Assembly (NCBI RefSeq): GCF_031769215.1
Contig: NW_026782348.1
Span: forward strand, 558,001-622,000
Direction of reading: 5' to 3'
Length of the DNA stretch: 64,000 bases
From: Ylistrum balloti
Taxonomy: Eukaryota
The notes under the pieces are model-generated. The model was not told where the DNA came from. It worked only from the letters and a program-made list of their open reading frames with translations, and searched no databases. Made by a program: the position numbers and the translations under genes. Shown piece after piece: positions 39,228 to 52,600 of this stretch. Every line of letters starts with the position of its first letter. Within the stretch, counting starts at the first letter, position 1.

Positions 39228-40306
39228 TCTTGGTTGCCTGTGATGGCCTGTCGGGTCCAGTTAAATGACCCATTGATCAGTGTGTTCCCATCGATAACCA
39301 CGAACTTATGATGCATGAAGAATGAGGACTCGTCTGTACGTACAGCAATACCTGAAACAACACAAATCAAATGTTTATTATATAATGTGAGCTAGTCTAA
39401 GTTCATATATTCAAAAGGGAGAAAAGAGGTCAAATTAGTCACTGATCGTAATGGTATTACAATTCTTTAATTTAATTAATTTCATTTAATGAAAAGATTT
39501 TGTTCAATATTTTTGAGAAAAATGAACAAATACTTCGATTTTATAAATCTGAAATTGTAGCTGACCTTTCTAGACAAGATAGAAATATGAACACCGCCAT
39601 TCGATCTCATTTAACGTTAGTCTGCTTTCACTTTAGGCTCATCTTACCATTTTTATACAGAATGCATGTAAGAAAATTTGGCGAGTGTAGGGAGAATACC
39701 GGTAACAAAACATTGTAATTAAACAGACTACATTTATGTACATATTTTTAGGCTTTACCGATCGAAAGACCATATATTCCTTTTGACAATTGAATAGTAA
39801 ATGTAATTTCTTGAGTCCATTCTATTATGCCTCTTTCAACTAGGTCTGTATAACACTGACTGTGACTAGGTAGTGTACATGTCTTCACCTTCACTACGTA
39901 AACGCCAGACTTGAGAACCAGTGGCACCTTCCTGTTCACAGTCCGTGATCACTCGGACACGCACTCCTCTCCAATGTGCCCGGATGAGCAGATCCGTCAG
40001 GTCAGTGCAAGTCATAACAAACACGCAGACATCCATGCTCTGTGTGGACTTTGACAGCATCATAAACAGTTTGCTAAGTGAATTATCCTGGTGTGAAAAT
40101 TTGCATCCCCTTACCACACAGCCATCGGGTTTTGTGAAGAAATCTACACACGCCACTTTGCTATCGGGGAAAAATATCACCTCTGTCGTATCTCTCTTTG
40201 AAACTGCTTTCTTTATCAGTCTTTTATAAATCGTGTACACAATCTCAGATAAAACGCCAAGAGCCACAGTATACCCAGCAACACGGAGAACGTCTTGTCC
40301 CTTCAT
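39035..40306 (-). CDS. PLD6: PLD6 / MitoPLD / Zucchini (mitochondrial cardiolipin hydrolase, piRNA endonuclease); 2 coding exons, 244 aa as assembled
   Basis: Exons 40306-39889 and 39351-39035 (735 nt, GT-AG, phase 1). Features: N-terminal hydrophobic anchor (VLRVAGYTVALGVLSEIVYTIY), zinc finger EVIFFPD...C-x9-C-x4-C-x3-H, a DVCVFVMT...AHWRGVRVRVITD segment, and a single HKD motif MHHKFVVIDGNTLINGSFNWT. A likely acceptor (CTTACCTAG|) lies 5 nt before the ATG, implying a non-coding first exon. Confidence 0.95.
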
Positions 40307-41769
40307 AATACCTAGGTAAGGGAAATTCCACCGGAACTGCGGAAGGACTTCCCTGTGTCTAAAAATATCGTAGATAGTGTAACATCGAATGACCACCTGC
40401 AAGCAGCAAGTAACACGTTAAGTCCATTTGAAACTCGGCTAAACACGGGCTTGAATGTAGAGATATATACAGTTTCTTGTTGTGTGTATAATTATTAAGA
40501 ATAACATAATAATTACGGGAAATATTGCACTTTTACAACTCAATGAAGAAACAAGATCGAGGGGAAGTAACTCCTATAAAAAAGGCAGAAATATCACGTT
40601 ATACCGATGCGTGATATGGACCTCGGACGTATAATACAAATCATCTGTATTATACGTCCCTGTACGGACGAATAAAAAAAATTCAAAACTCATTTTCAAA
40701 TAAAATGTGGATTTAGATGTTACAGATGTACGCCTGATATACAACAAAGCAAAAAGAGAAAAAATAAAATAAGAATTGAAGAGGTTGGGGCATTAAGTTC
40801 AATTGTTGATTCGCTTCTACTAGATGTCTAGGTCCTCTTAGTAAGACCAAAACTGGAATATGAGGTTAGGGTATGGAACTGTATTGCAATTAGACAGAGA
40901 ACTAACTCCGCTACAGTTTGAGACTACGTTAAGTCTAACTCTAACTTACAGACGATGATACAGAAATATGAATAATTCTTACGATACATCTGTGGTACAA
41001 GAACTGACAGTTTGAACTCTCCTCCTTCACCCTCGCCAATATGTTATATTTTAAGACACTGACCAAGTGCTATCTCTCTCTATATATATATCAATCATAT
41101 GAAAGTTACATTTATATATTTCACTCAAGTACAATTACAACAGGAACTTTCGGATCAACAGTATATGATGCATTGTCTTAACTTGGTTGGCTACAGTTGG
41201 CGGTATAGTGCCGAAGGTTGCAAGTTAAAAAAAAATCAAAACTTGTCTTCCTTAGTCACTGAGTTGTGTTTGAGAAATTCCTTTAGGATAATAATTACTT
41301 GATTAATTCGTTAAGAAAATTGGCACAGGCTTATAATAAATGGATAACAAATCTGCCGTTTTGCAATGGGAAATTTCTTCTAGCTTATCTCGTTGCGCTA
41401 GATTTTTCGTAATTTGAAAGACTTTTAAAAACCACGGATGTGCCGGGGTTAATCTTCTTCCATTTGCTGTAGAACTGACAAAATGTGAGCTCGTCATTTA
41501 TTTTGTCTTTTTTCGTTTATTGAAACGTGTTGTGTCCCTATAATTTTAATTCCACTTTCATGAGTAAGTGAATCCAATCGGCCATTTTATGGTCACCTTC
41601 TCACGGCGGCTAATAACATAAGCTGTCGAAGGTGAGAAAGTACTGAACCATATTATATAATTAGTTGAAACTTGTTCAACGAAAAGTATTAAATCCAATA
41701 AATTTTCTTTCATTGATTCATAGCTTTTGACAATGCAGTTTTATTGATATTAAATTCGACATTTTGCCC

Positions 41770-42110
41770 AAAGGGTTCACAAATTCGTTATATATCAGCA
41801 GAGACGTATATACGTCTCTGATATCAGTAATCAGATATTAATGTTAATGACAAATTTTGGGACGAAATTGGTCCGTGTTACTAGAATTTCACCACCTGAC
41901 GATTGCCACCCTCTAGCAAACGACTTCTTATTGTCAGCAGAAACGTATATATCACACGTATATGTGTTATATATGTCTCTGTTGTCAGAGACACTGGTAT
42001 AGTCGACGATTTAATGATATTAAGATCCATCTTAAATCGACATGTTTTCCAAGATGGCGGTCGACCGGGTCGATTGCGCGATGGTTTACAAATTCGTAAT
42101 ATATCAATAA
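41770..42110. promoter_or_regulatory. Putative (bidirectional) promoter region between PLD6 and MARF1
   Basis: Locally CpG-enriched. Contains a YY1-type motif CAAGATGGCGG at 42050-42060, a perfect 22-bp palindrome at 41799-41820, TCGACC-G-GGTCGA at 42061-42073, and a 24-bp direct repeat (41774-41797 and 42083-42106). It lies between divergently oriented genes. TSSs are not directly visible. Confidence 0.5.
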
Positions 42111-43625
42111 GTCGATCCCAAGTCCGTGGTCCAACAAAATTGCTAGTTTCATGATTAAGTAGTATATTTGATTTTGTGTTTAAAAAATGACAATAGATAA
42201 GGCGTATTTAGTCAAGAAATTCTACACACTAGAATAACAACTAGTTACATGTATTTTTCATCTCATCTGTTCAGTCAAGAACTCAAATTAGAATATTCCG
42301 TTCAATGTCTTTGTTTTATATTACTTTGAGAATTTGCGTTTAAAGCATGATATGAAAATGTTTAAATCCACAGCGTTGATTATGAATACAACAAGTTCTA
42401 CCTTTATTTGTTTTAGGCACATAAGAAACTCAAACACATGTACGTGTATTTGGGTATGTGCGACCTAAAGTAAATCCTTGTCAGAGTAATCTCCCTTTCA
42501 TGTTTTCATTTCGATGGTGCAACATTACAAAACAAGACAGCTGTGTTGGTCAGTCTGTGACCTGGTCATATATGGACACATTACAGTTAAAAACTCCCTG
42601 GTAAGATACATCAGTATGTCTGTAGCTGATGAAACTGACATAAACCGTTGTCATTCAGGGTATAAACAAATCGTTGATAACTGATCGAAAAGTTGATCAG
42701 CTGATCCTAGCTGGAAGAACCTATCGTTACGTTACGTGATCTTGCACTTTGGCTTTAGAATCGACTCACATCTTCCAGTTGATGATATTTGCAGGAAGAT
42801 GATGTGGTATCGCTTGATAGGTAGAAATTTTGAACGAATGAAAGCAATGGAAAGGGTAGGTCTTGGCCTATTTACCTCCATTGAGTAATTCCCAAGGTTG
42901 GGATCAACATGGTGTATGCTGAGGGCAATTGAGTTATGATAGGCTTATTGCTAAGAAAGAAATAAAATGGCTAGTTCTGACATATTTCTGCTTTTCATAA
43001 AAGAAATAAAATATTGCATGGTAAGAATAAAGCAAACAATCATACTAAACAGCAATAAATCTGCATTGCAGGATTGAACTGGATGACAAGGATGGAGGAT
43101 TGTGTCAGGAGAAAGTATTATGTGTTCTATATTTTCATATGGAATGGCTGTAAGCTTTAAAGCTCATGGCTAGTCCAGAGCCATAGTCCACGCATTCTCA
43201 TGGCTGCTATATCTACAGGCATATGTACAGTATCACTCCATCTTAAAAAGTCACAGATAGCCTTTTCCTTAAAGTAAGTGATATTTTAACAGTATGACTA
43301 TAAAAATGATTCACAAAATCATTATGACTGCACATTGCTGACTTTTGACTACATGATGAATTGGTAAAATAAATAGAAGAGTTAAAGACGAAGATGAAAA
43401 CCATAGATATTTAAATATATTTGTGCAGTATAAGGTAATTGAAAGAACAGTAAGATTTGAAAAAAAAAATTGTGGCCCTGAATGAAAATGCAAAATCATT
43501 TTCTTTATGGAAATGTGTGGAACTTTTCCTGTTTGATTTAATGTTTTTTACAAATGTTTAAATTTGTTAGCTTTTCCGATTATAAAACTATAGTTCATTC
43601 TTTTTCAGAATTTTTTCCATTCATT

Positions 43626-46600
43626 ATGACAGACAACTTTCTAGTCCCGATTGGTGTTTTCTGGGATATTGAAAACTGTAATGTACCACGCTGGAAATCA
43701 GCCTTACCTATAGTGAAATGCATACGCGAGAAGTTCTTTATTGGAAGGCGAGAGGTGGAGTTTCTGTGTGTATGTGACACTACGAAAGAAAACAGACAAG
43801 TCATTCAAGACCTAACAGCTGCTCAGGTACCGCTGTAAAACTGTTTTTGAGATACTCGCATGTGTATTATTTATTGATAGTATTTTACACAAATGTTTTT
43901 GTTTATGATCCAATTTGTATAAGGTACATGTTATGATAACCATATTAGCAGGGGAACTAATTGTCTTTTCCACTTCATCATACATTCTGATGTATTTGAA
44001 ATAATCACAGTTAAATTTGATTATTGGAGTATTAGCCCATTCAAATGTCTTTAAAATACTTGGAGGATGTTAGATGCAATGTGACTTGTTTGTACTGTAC
44101 AGTACATTTCATTGAAATGGCACTGTCAAAATGTCTTTTAACTTTGCCCTGTGTACCAGTGATATCCTTGAGAATTTATTTAAATGAGTTTACATTAGAA
44201 AGTTTGAAACAACCATATAGAAACAAGATGAGACATCAATCAAAAACAAAAAGGAAACAGATCAAAAGCCAAACATCAGACTCAGGATGTGGATCATTTG
44301 ACTAAAATATTGTTTGACAATGTCCTTCTTATCCTGCAATTTTCAATGAAATTTTGATGTCAAAATGATTATACAAATTTAAGAAAAAGTATACATACAC
44401 ATTTGAAAAATGAAAAAAAAAATCAGAGAGGGAATCTGGATATATTCCTTTCCAATTGTGATAAATCTGATCACAATCTTACATTTCTTATTCAATTGGC
44501 TTGTGCATTATGTAACTTTAAACAAATGTGTCTGAATATTATTTGTATTGAGGATGTATTACCTACAAATATGACTTTTTTTAATATAATACTTTCCATC
44601 TTTACACATATTTTACAAGTTTTAGATTTTTATTATGAAAACTGGATGTAATATACAAGGATTAGATTGTTGAATAATTGAACAATTTTCCTTCATTTGA
44701 TTTAAGTTGACTGCTTTATATTAGGTAATATTCTTCGTGTGTTTCAGGTTGATGTTGTACACATCAATGCTACCAGTAAAAATGCTGCTGACGACAAGCT
44801 ACGTCAAAGTCTCAGACGCTTCACTGATAAACAGCCCCCTCCCGCTGTTGTGTTACTCATCTCAAGTAAGTTTTATAAAACTCGTTCTCATGTTCCTAAT
44901 CTCTAGTTGTGTCGCCTGCAGAGCTGGCGAACACTTAGGGATCACTTTGTCCGTCGTCACATGTCGGCGGTGGCAGTGGCGTCTTTGTCCGTATGAAAGT
45001 TTTCCTGACTTTTTTTGGTAATGCTTTGAGTTATCAAAATAAAATTTGGCATATGGCTTTTTGTTGCAAGGGTACAGATTAGGATCGATTTCCAGCTGTC
45101 TGTGACCCTTCTTGGCAGAGTAATGCCCCTTTCAACTTAGAAAATTCTCTGGGAATATTGTTTTCCAGACTTTTTTGGGTTATCCTTTGAGTTATTGAAA
45201 TGAAATTTAGTATATGGCTTCTTGTTGGAAGGGTACAGGTGAAGTTTGATTCCTGGCTGTCTGTAACCCTTCTTGGCAGAGTTATGCATTTTTGAACTTA
45301 GAAAATTCTCCGGGACTATTGTTTTCTGGAATTTTCTTGGTTATCCTTTGAGTTATCAAAATGCAATATTGTATATGAGTTCTTGGTCAAAAGTTACGCT
45401 CCGAGTTCACTTCTTGGTAGTCTGTAACCCTTCTTGGCAGTGATATGTCCCTTTGAACTTTCTCAGAAATATTGCTTTGCGCAGTTTTCCCTTCATGCTT
45501 GAGTTATAGAAATGAATTTGGTATTACGACATTATGGTTGAACGTTGCACATCCAGTTCGATTTCTGGATGACCATGACACTTTATGCAGGCGACACATA
45601 CAGTTCCGAGGAACTCTTGTTTAAGTTTAGCCTCACTCTGATGCCTATGATAAATTCTGTACTAGTCTACTGATTGCTGATAAGTACAATAGGTTACAAT
45701 AGATTTCACCAATGGCTTGCAACCATATATTCAATCCTTATAACTGTGTTTTAAAAACAGAAAAAAAACAACACTTACTTCATATATGTAAGATTTTGGC
45801 ATGCAGTTGAATGTTTATTTTTCAATTAAATTGATAAAATCTGAACAGAAAAAGAGCTGTTTGAGAACAGGGTACAATTATATTTACATGAACTGAACGA
45901 AAACAAGAGCTGTTTGAGAACAGGTTAAATTGTATTTGCATGAACTGTAAGAGCTGTTTGAGAACAGCATAGCTCGCCTAGTTATGACATACAGGTATTT
46001 CAAGTAAACACAAATTTACTATTTTTAGGCCCCATTCCATAATCAACTGCCAGTGCTAGAGCTATTTAATGATAAACTTTTTCAACCCATTGATATTTTC
46101 GATTCAGTACTGATTCTTTGATTAGGCAAGCTAAAATTCTTTCTTTATCAGTGAATGATCAAACAAAGTTAATATTAAATTTTTCAAAAAAGTAAACTAC
46201 AAAATTTTATTTACAGGTGATATCAATTTCGCGCCTGATTTGTCAGACTTGCGTCATCGAAAGGGCTACCATGTAATCCTGGTTCACACTAAACATGTCC
46301 ATGAGGCCCTAAAACTGTGTGCAAATGAGCACTTTTTGTATGAGGACTTGATTCAGGATCTCCCCCACCGTGAACCTGATCTGGTAAGTCATGCGAGCCA
46401 CAGGATGTAAGGGTATAGAAAGATTTCACATACAAAATACTCTCAGTTGTTACCATGGGAGTGATGCATTTGCTATTTTGGGAACGATTAGCTATTATTG
46501 AGGAAAAAAAGACTGGATTAGGGTAATTATGTTAAAAAGCAGGCTCATGGTTAAAAGGATTCATAAAATATATACAAGACATTAAATTGAATGTAAATTA

Positions 46601-49600
46601 CATGACAAGTGTCAGGTTTGTTATTGTAAAAACATGTGCTCAGTTTTATCAGAATGAATAGGTTTGTAAGCTGTAATTTAGTTATACTGCAAGTGCCTGC
46701 AGTTGTTGTGGTACTACTAACTATTGACAACAAAGATGGCCCATGGAGAGAGATATTGTATAAATTCACTTCAGCTAGGTGATGAAACTGAAGCTTGTGT
46801 CAATAACTATGTATATTATATACAGTAAAATCTTATTTCCTCCTTTTGTTTTTCTTTTTAGTCAGAGGAAGGACAGAAAGAGTTAGTAGTGGTGGGCTTC
46901 CCTACCAATCAGCCATCCAAAATGGTGGAAAGCTGTTTGAAGAAGCTGTCAACAAACTGTGGTGGACGTGTGATCAGTGTTACAGCTAGTTATGCCTTAC
47001 TTCGCTTCCCCAGTCATAATGATGCTGTCAGGTAATTAGGGAGCCTGGGATAAGTTAATTGTTGGTTATCTGTTTTAGTCGGTAAGTACTATGGACATTT
47101 AGGTGGCATCTAAGGGGACGGTTCAATTTGCTGGAATAGGTTATGTCCAAAATGCATCATTAATTTGAAACAAGATTACCATCAATGGCACAAAAGCTCA
47201 CAAAACTAGCATGAGGAGGTGGTTTTATCAACAGGAATCTACATCCAGACATACTGATATTTGAACAGGAATTAAGACCTTTCAACACAAAATACTTGAC
47301 ATTGGATTTGATTAGATTAGATTTGACACAAATAATCAAAGTCCAAAATGTTTAAAAATAAAAACAGACTTTTTTCCGAAAATAAAACGTTTATAAAGAC
47401 TCTTGTATTTGATAAATTATAACCACAGAAACCCTTAGACCAAATATCAGTACCCTAGTTCATTTATAAAGGAGTTTACTGGTGTCTTTCAACACTTGCA
47501 CATTAAAATATATCAGATTTTACATAAAAATCTAAGCCACAAATGTTTCCAAAAAATTCATTCTGACTCCAAGAAGTAATAGTTAACCCCACATAGCAAC
47601 CCTCAAACAAAATATCAGTACCCTTGTATACTTATAAAGGTGTTTTTTGATGTCTTTCAACACTTGCAACAAAACTAAACATTTCGAAACCAATGCTAGT
47701 GCAGATGCAGGGGTGACAACATAAGCTCCCCCTCTCTTTGAGAGGCGAACTAAAAATGATAATAAGAATTACAGGTAATTATATACCTCGCATGTCGCAT
47801 GTGTTGTTTGTATAGTCAGTTTTAGATGCTGTGCATCACTAAAGATGTACATCCTGGTGAGTTCCTAAGCTGGACAGAACAATTTATTCACCAAAAAACC
47901 CCAAAACACACAGCTTATTTCGTGATTAAAATTGAATATGAAAAATCAACAAGCATTTCAAGCATTTCTCTTCACTCTCAACAGGATTGGAAACTCAGGT
48001 ATGAGTAACATTCCAGACCAAGGGATACAACACTATACAAAATGTTTGCTGCCTCCCCTTGTCCATATTTCAAAGTTCATCAATCAGTACGTGCCTAAGT
48101 TTACAGCCTTGCTTTCCTTGGACCGAATCAGTTATTACATGAACGTTCTGTCCATCTTGTTCTCTTCTGCCAAAATAATAAACGTTGTTGTTGTCATGTT
48201 TAAATATTGATGCATTGAAATGAAAAATGAAAATGAAATGAAATTCTCAAAATTCGCACAAATATGACATTTTTACCCCCAAAATATCAATCTTTCTGAG
48301 AAGGGAGGGAAAACCTTATCTTACATTTTACAGTTCTTGTTTTAGTATGACTTTTAAATAAATCTTAAGTAAAAAGAACGGGCACTAAAGACTCATTGTA
48401 TGAAATTTTAACGTTCCTCGTAAGAAATAGCAATAATAATCTTAAACTGTCCAATCGATATGGTCACCTGTTAGTCATGTTTTTTTCTGATCAGTTCCAA
48501 AAACAAACAAGCAAGGATCAAGGTGATCCTACAATTTGAGAAAGATCCATTCAGCACATCTCAAGAAAATGCAATAACAAACTTTCATCATTAAAATCCA
48601 AGATGGCCACCTGTCAGCTGTCTCAGTTTTGTGATTAGTCTCAAAATCAAACGGGCAAACTGGTAGTGTGAACACCAGAATTGACATCCATATCGAGCAA
48701 AAAAATGCATAGAATATTGGGTTTTTTATTCCAATCTATGGACATTTATACTACAGTTGGCAGATTGCAAAATGTTATGCAAATTGCACACAATGTCTGC
48801 ACAATATATGCCTGATGTGTGCATGATGTGCGCACAATAGGAAAATTGGATGAAATAAGCTATTACACATTTGTGTGCACATTGTGCGGTTCTATTGCAC
48901 AAATGTGCAGTTCTATCGTGGTTGATATAAATTTAGAAATGGCTTATAAATAAGTGAGCAATATTGTTTATTTATTTTCTAAATATATAAGAAAACAGTA
49001 CATTTCCTAATTAAGCCATTAATATATAGGTTGGACACTTGTAGATACATGAGATACACACTGAATAGTTAGATACACTCGTAACTTTAAGTGTTTTGTT
49101 TACAAAGAGCTACACATGGCCAACCTTAGTGTATGGACACACGTTATATATACATGTAAAATGAAATGGATGTCTCTTTATGTCACAGCAATAAATCATT
49201 TAAAATCTCATAGTGTCTCATTTTTCATGCATTTTGTAAATAAAAAATACATGCTGGGGTAAATCATAAATGCTGTGTTTTTACATGGGTGACCCAGTCG
49301 CTACCAATGGATCCATACCAGTCAGGTGTATACTGGTATACAGGTAAACTTTTGTTGCCTGAGGCACCACTACTCCCCACTTCCTGAGGTGTGAAACTAT
49401 ATGCGATAAGACTGCTTAATTTAGATCCAGTGGTATTTTGAAAACTGTTGAATTAAAAAATAATAATGTTAATGTGATCACTATTTTGTGAAAGCTTCAC
49501 AAATTTTCCATTTTATTTTCAATCTGTTATATTAGCCTACCATTTTTACCAAACCGCACAAAATGTGCCATCCTATCGCACAGTTGTGTGCATGATACTG

Positions 49601-52600
49601 TTTTGTGCATGTTTATGCACAATGCACTCAGGAAATTTTTCGTGCGTTGTGTGTTACCACAATTGTGGCTAGACAAAGATACCACATTCATATGTAGGTT
49701 GTATAGAAATGATACAATATGCCTGAGGAATTGAATATTATCCTGACAATCTAACTCTGAATTTACAAAAGCTTAATGGATACTGGAGGATGTTTATCAG
49801 CTGAAACTGTATGTAGGCTATAAGAATGTCAAAAATGTACTTAACATCCAGATACATGTACAGATAATGTTATGCCATCAAATCAGAGGAGTTTCTGGTA
49901 ATGAGATTTCAGAAGTTGATCTATACAAATTATAACAAATTATTATCAATAATACATAATGTGTACACACCTGGTATTTTTGAAGCTCAACAACATATAG
50001 TGAAGTTGCGTTATATACGCGTAGTTAAAATCTCTTTTTCTGTCATCATTCAGGTCATCACCATTCCTGAAAGAGGTGAAAAAACATCCCTGGGTTAAAT
50101 CATTGTAAATTCTTTTATCTTTTTCTTTTTTAATGGGGATTAGGGAGAAAACAAAATATTCAATTTGCAATATTTTTTAAAAGATATGCAGTCAGAGGGG
50201 ACATACAGCATGCTTAATGATGCAAAAATATCTCTGGTATTTCTGTATAATCCTTAATACATAAAGCTTAACCTTTGTATACTTTTTTTACAGAATAAGA
50301 AAAATGTCAGTATAATTTTATTGTCTTTGTTATGATAAGCTAAACAGAGTATTTTTGAAAAGGTGCCACATTGCAGTATATTCCCTTAAAAGATGGAGAT
50401 GATTATGAATGGAGTTTGTTTCGTGGCAGCTTGTTATTTATGCTAGGATGATCATTCCTTGGTATTATAGATCATCAGTTATATTAAGACAATACCTGTT
50501 GTTTGTTTGGGTTGATGTTTGATTAATGTGGAGTTGACTTTATGTATATTTTATAGCAACCTTTAGTTTGTAGGATGATAATGCTTCCTTTACATAGAGG
50601 TGACCTCTGGTTCGTGTAATGTTGACTTTGGTTAGTGTTAGAGTGTCGTTTGAGTTGGAGAGACCTAGAGTTGATGTAGTGATGAAATTTGGTTAGAATG
50701 ACCTTTGTGATAGAGTAACCTTTGGTTGGAGTAAAGTGACCTTTGTGATGGAGTAACCTTTGGTTAGAGTAAAGTGACCTTTGTGATGGAGTAACCTTTG
50801 GTTAGAGTAAAGTGACCTTTGTGATGGAGTAACCTTTGGTTAGAGTAAAGTGACCTTTGTGATGGAGTAACCTTTGGTTAGAGTAAAGTGACCTTTGTGA
50901 TGGAGTAACCTTTGGTTAGAGTAAAGTGACCTTTGTGATGGAGTAACCTTTGGTTAGAGTAAAGTGACCTTTGTGATGGAGTAACCTTTGGTTAGAGTAA
51001 AGTGACCTTTGTGATGGAGTAACCTTTGGTTAGAGTAAAGTGACCTTTGTGATGGAGTAACCTTTGGTTAGAGTAAAGTGACCTTTGTGATGGAGTAACC
51101 TTTGGTTAGAGTAAAGTGACCTTTGTGATGGAGTAACCTTTGGTTAGAGTAAAGTGACCTTTGTGATGGAGTAACCTTTGGATAGAGTAAAGTGACCTTT
51201 GTGATGGAGTAACCTTTGGTTAGAGTAAAGTGACCTTTGTGATGGAGTAACCTTTGGTTAGAGTAAAGTGACCTTTGTGATGGAGTAACCTTTGGTTAGA
51301 GTAAAGTGACCTTTGTGATGGAGTAACCTTTGGTTAGAGTAAAGTGACCTTTGTGATGGAGTAACCTTTGGTTAGAGTAAAGTGACCTTTGCGATGGAGT
51401 AACCTTTGGTTAGAGTAAAGTGACCTTTGCGATGGAGTAACCGTTGGTTAGAGTAAAGTGACCTTTGCGATGGAGTAACCTTTGGTTAGAGTAAAGTGAC
51501 CTATGTGATGGAGTAACCTTTGGTTTGAGTAAAGTTGATCTTCAGTTTGTGTTGGAGTGACTTTTCATTTGTTTTGGAATGACCTTTGTTTTGTGTTTAA
51601 GTTATGTTGGGTTTGTTTTGGATTAGCCTTGAGTTTGTGTTAGGATGACCTTAAATTTCTGTTGACCTCTGGTTCTTGGTAGGGAGACCTGTGGTTAGTG
51701 TTGAAGTGACCTTTGGTTTACATTAGAGTGACCCAGGGTTTGTATTGGTATGACCTTCGGTTGTTTTTGCATGACTTTTTGTTAGAAATGGAGTGACTTT
51801 TGGTTTGTGTAAAGGAGATCTTTGGTTTATATTGGAGTGACTTTTGGTTCTTGGTAGGGAGATCTTTGGTTTATATTGGAGTGACCCTTGAATAGGTTTA
51901 GGATGACCCTTAGTTAGTGCTAGTTAGGAGTGATCTCTGGTTAGTGTTAGATGGCCTTTGGTATTGTTAAGATGACCTTGTTTTGTATGTAAGTGACCTT
52001 GGGGCTTGTTTACAGATGGCTTTTACTTTGTGTTGGAGTGACCTTTGGTTTGTGTAAGGATGGTGTTTGGTTTGTGTTAGGATGGCATTTTGTTTGTGTT
52101 AGGATGGTGTTTGGTTTGTGTTAAGATGACATTTGGTTTGTGTTAAGATGACCTTTGGTTTGTGTTAGGATGACCTTTGGTTTGTGGTAGGATGGCCTTT
52201 AGTTTGTGTTGGTATATTGGAGTGACCTTTGGTTCTTGGTAGGTAGATCTTTGGTTTATATTGGAGTGACCTTTGGTTCTTGGTAGGTAGATCTTTGGTT
52301 TATGTTGGAGTGACCTTTGGTTCTTGGTAGGGAGATCTTTGGATCTTTGGATTATCTTTGGTTTATATTGGAGTGACCTTTGGTTCTTGGTAGGGAGATC
52401 TTTGGTTTATATTGGAGTGACCTTTGGTTCTTGGTAGGGAGATCTTTGGTTTATATTGGAGTGACCTTTGGTTCTTGGTAGGGAGATCTTTGGTTTATGT
52501 TGGAGTGACCTTTGATTCTTGGTAGGTAGATCTTTGGTTTATATTGGAGTGACCTTTGGTTCTTGGTAGGGAGATCTTTGGTTAATGTTGGAGTGACCTT

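Noticed and set aside
40307-40402. N-terminal extension of PLD6 suggested by the ORF track
   Set aside because: A good acceptor precedes ATG 40306 by 5 nt, and the MKGQDVLR start places the membrane anchor at the N-terminus as expected for PLD6.
39035-46383. PLD nuclease plus NYN nuclease read as a prokaryotic-style defence operon or an HGT island
   Set aside because: Both are canonical spliceosomal-intron genes with animal PLD6 and MARF1 domain architectures.
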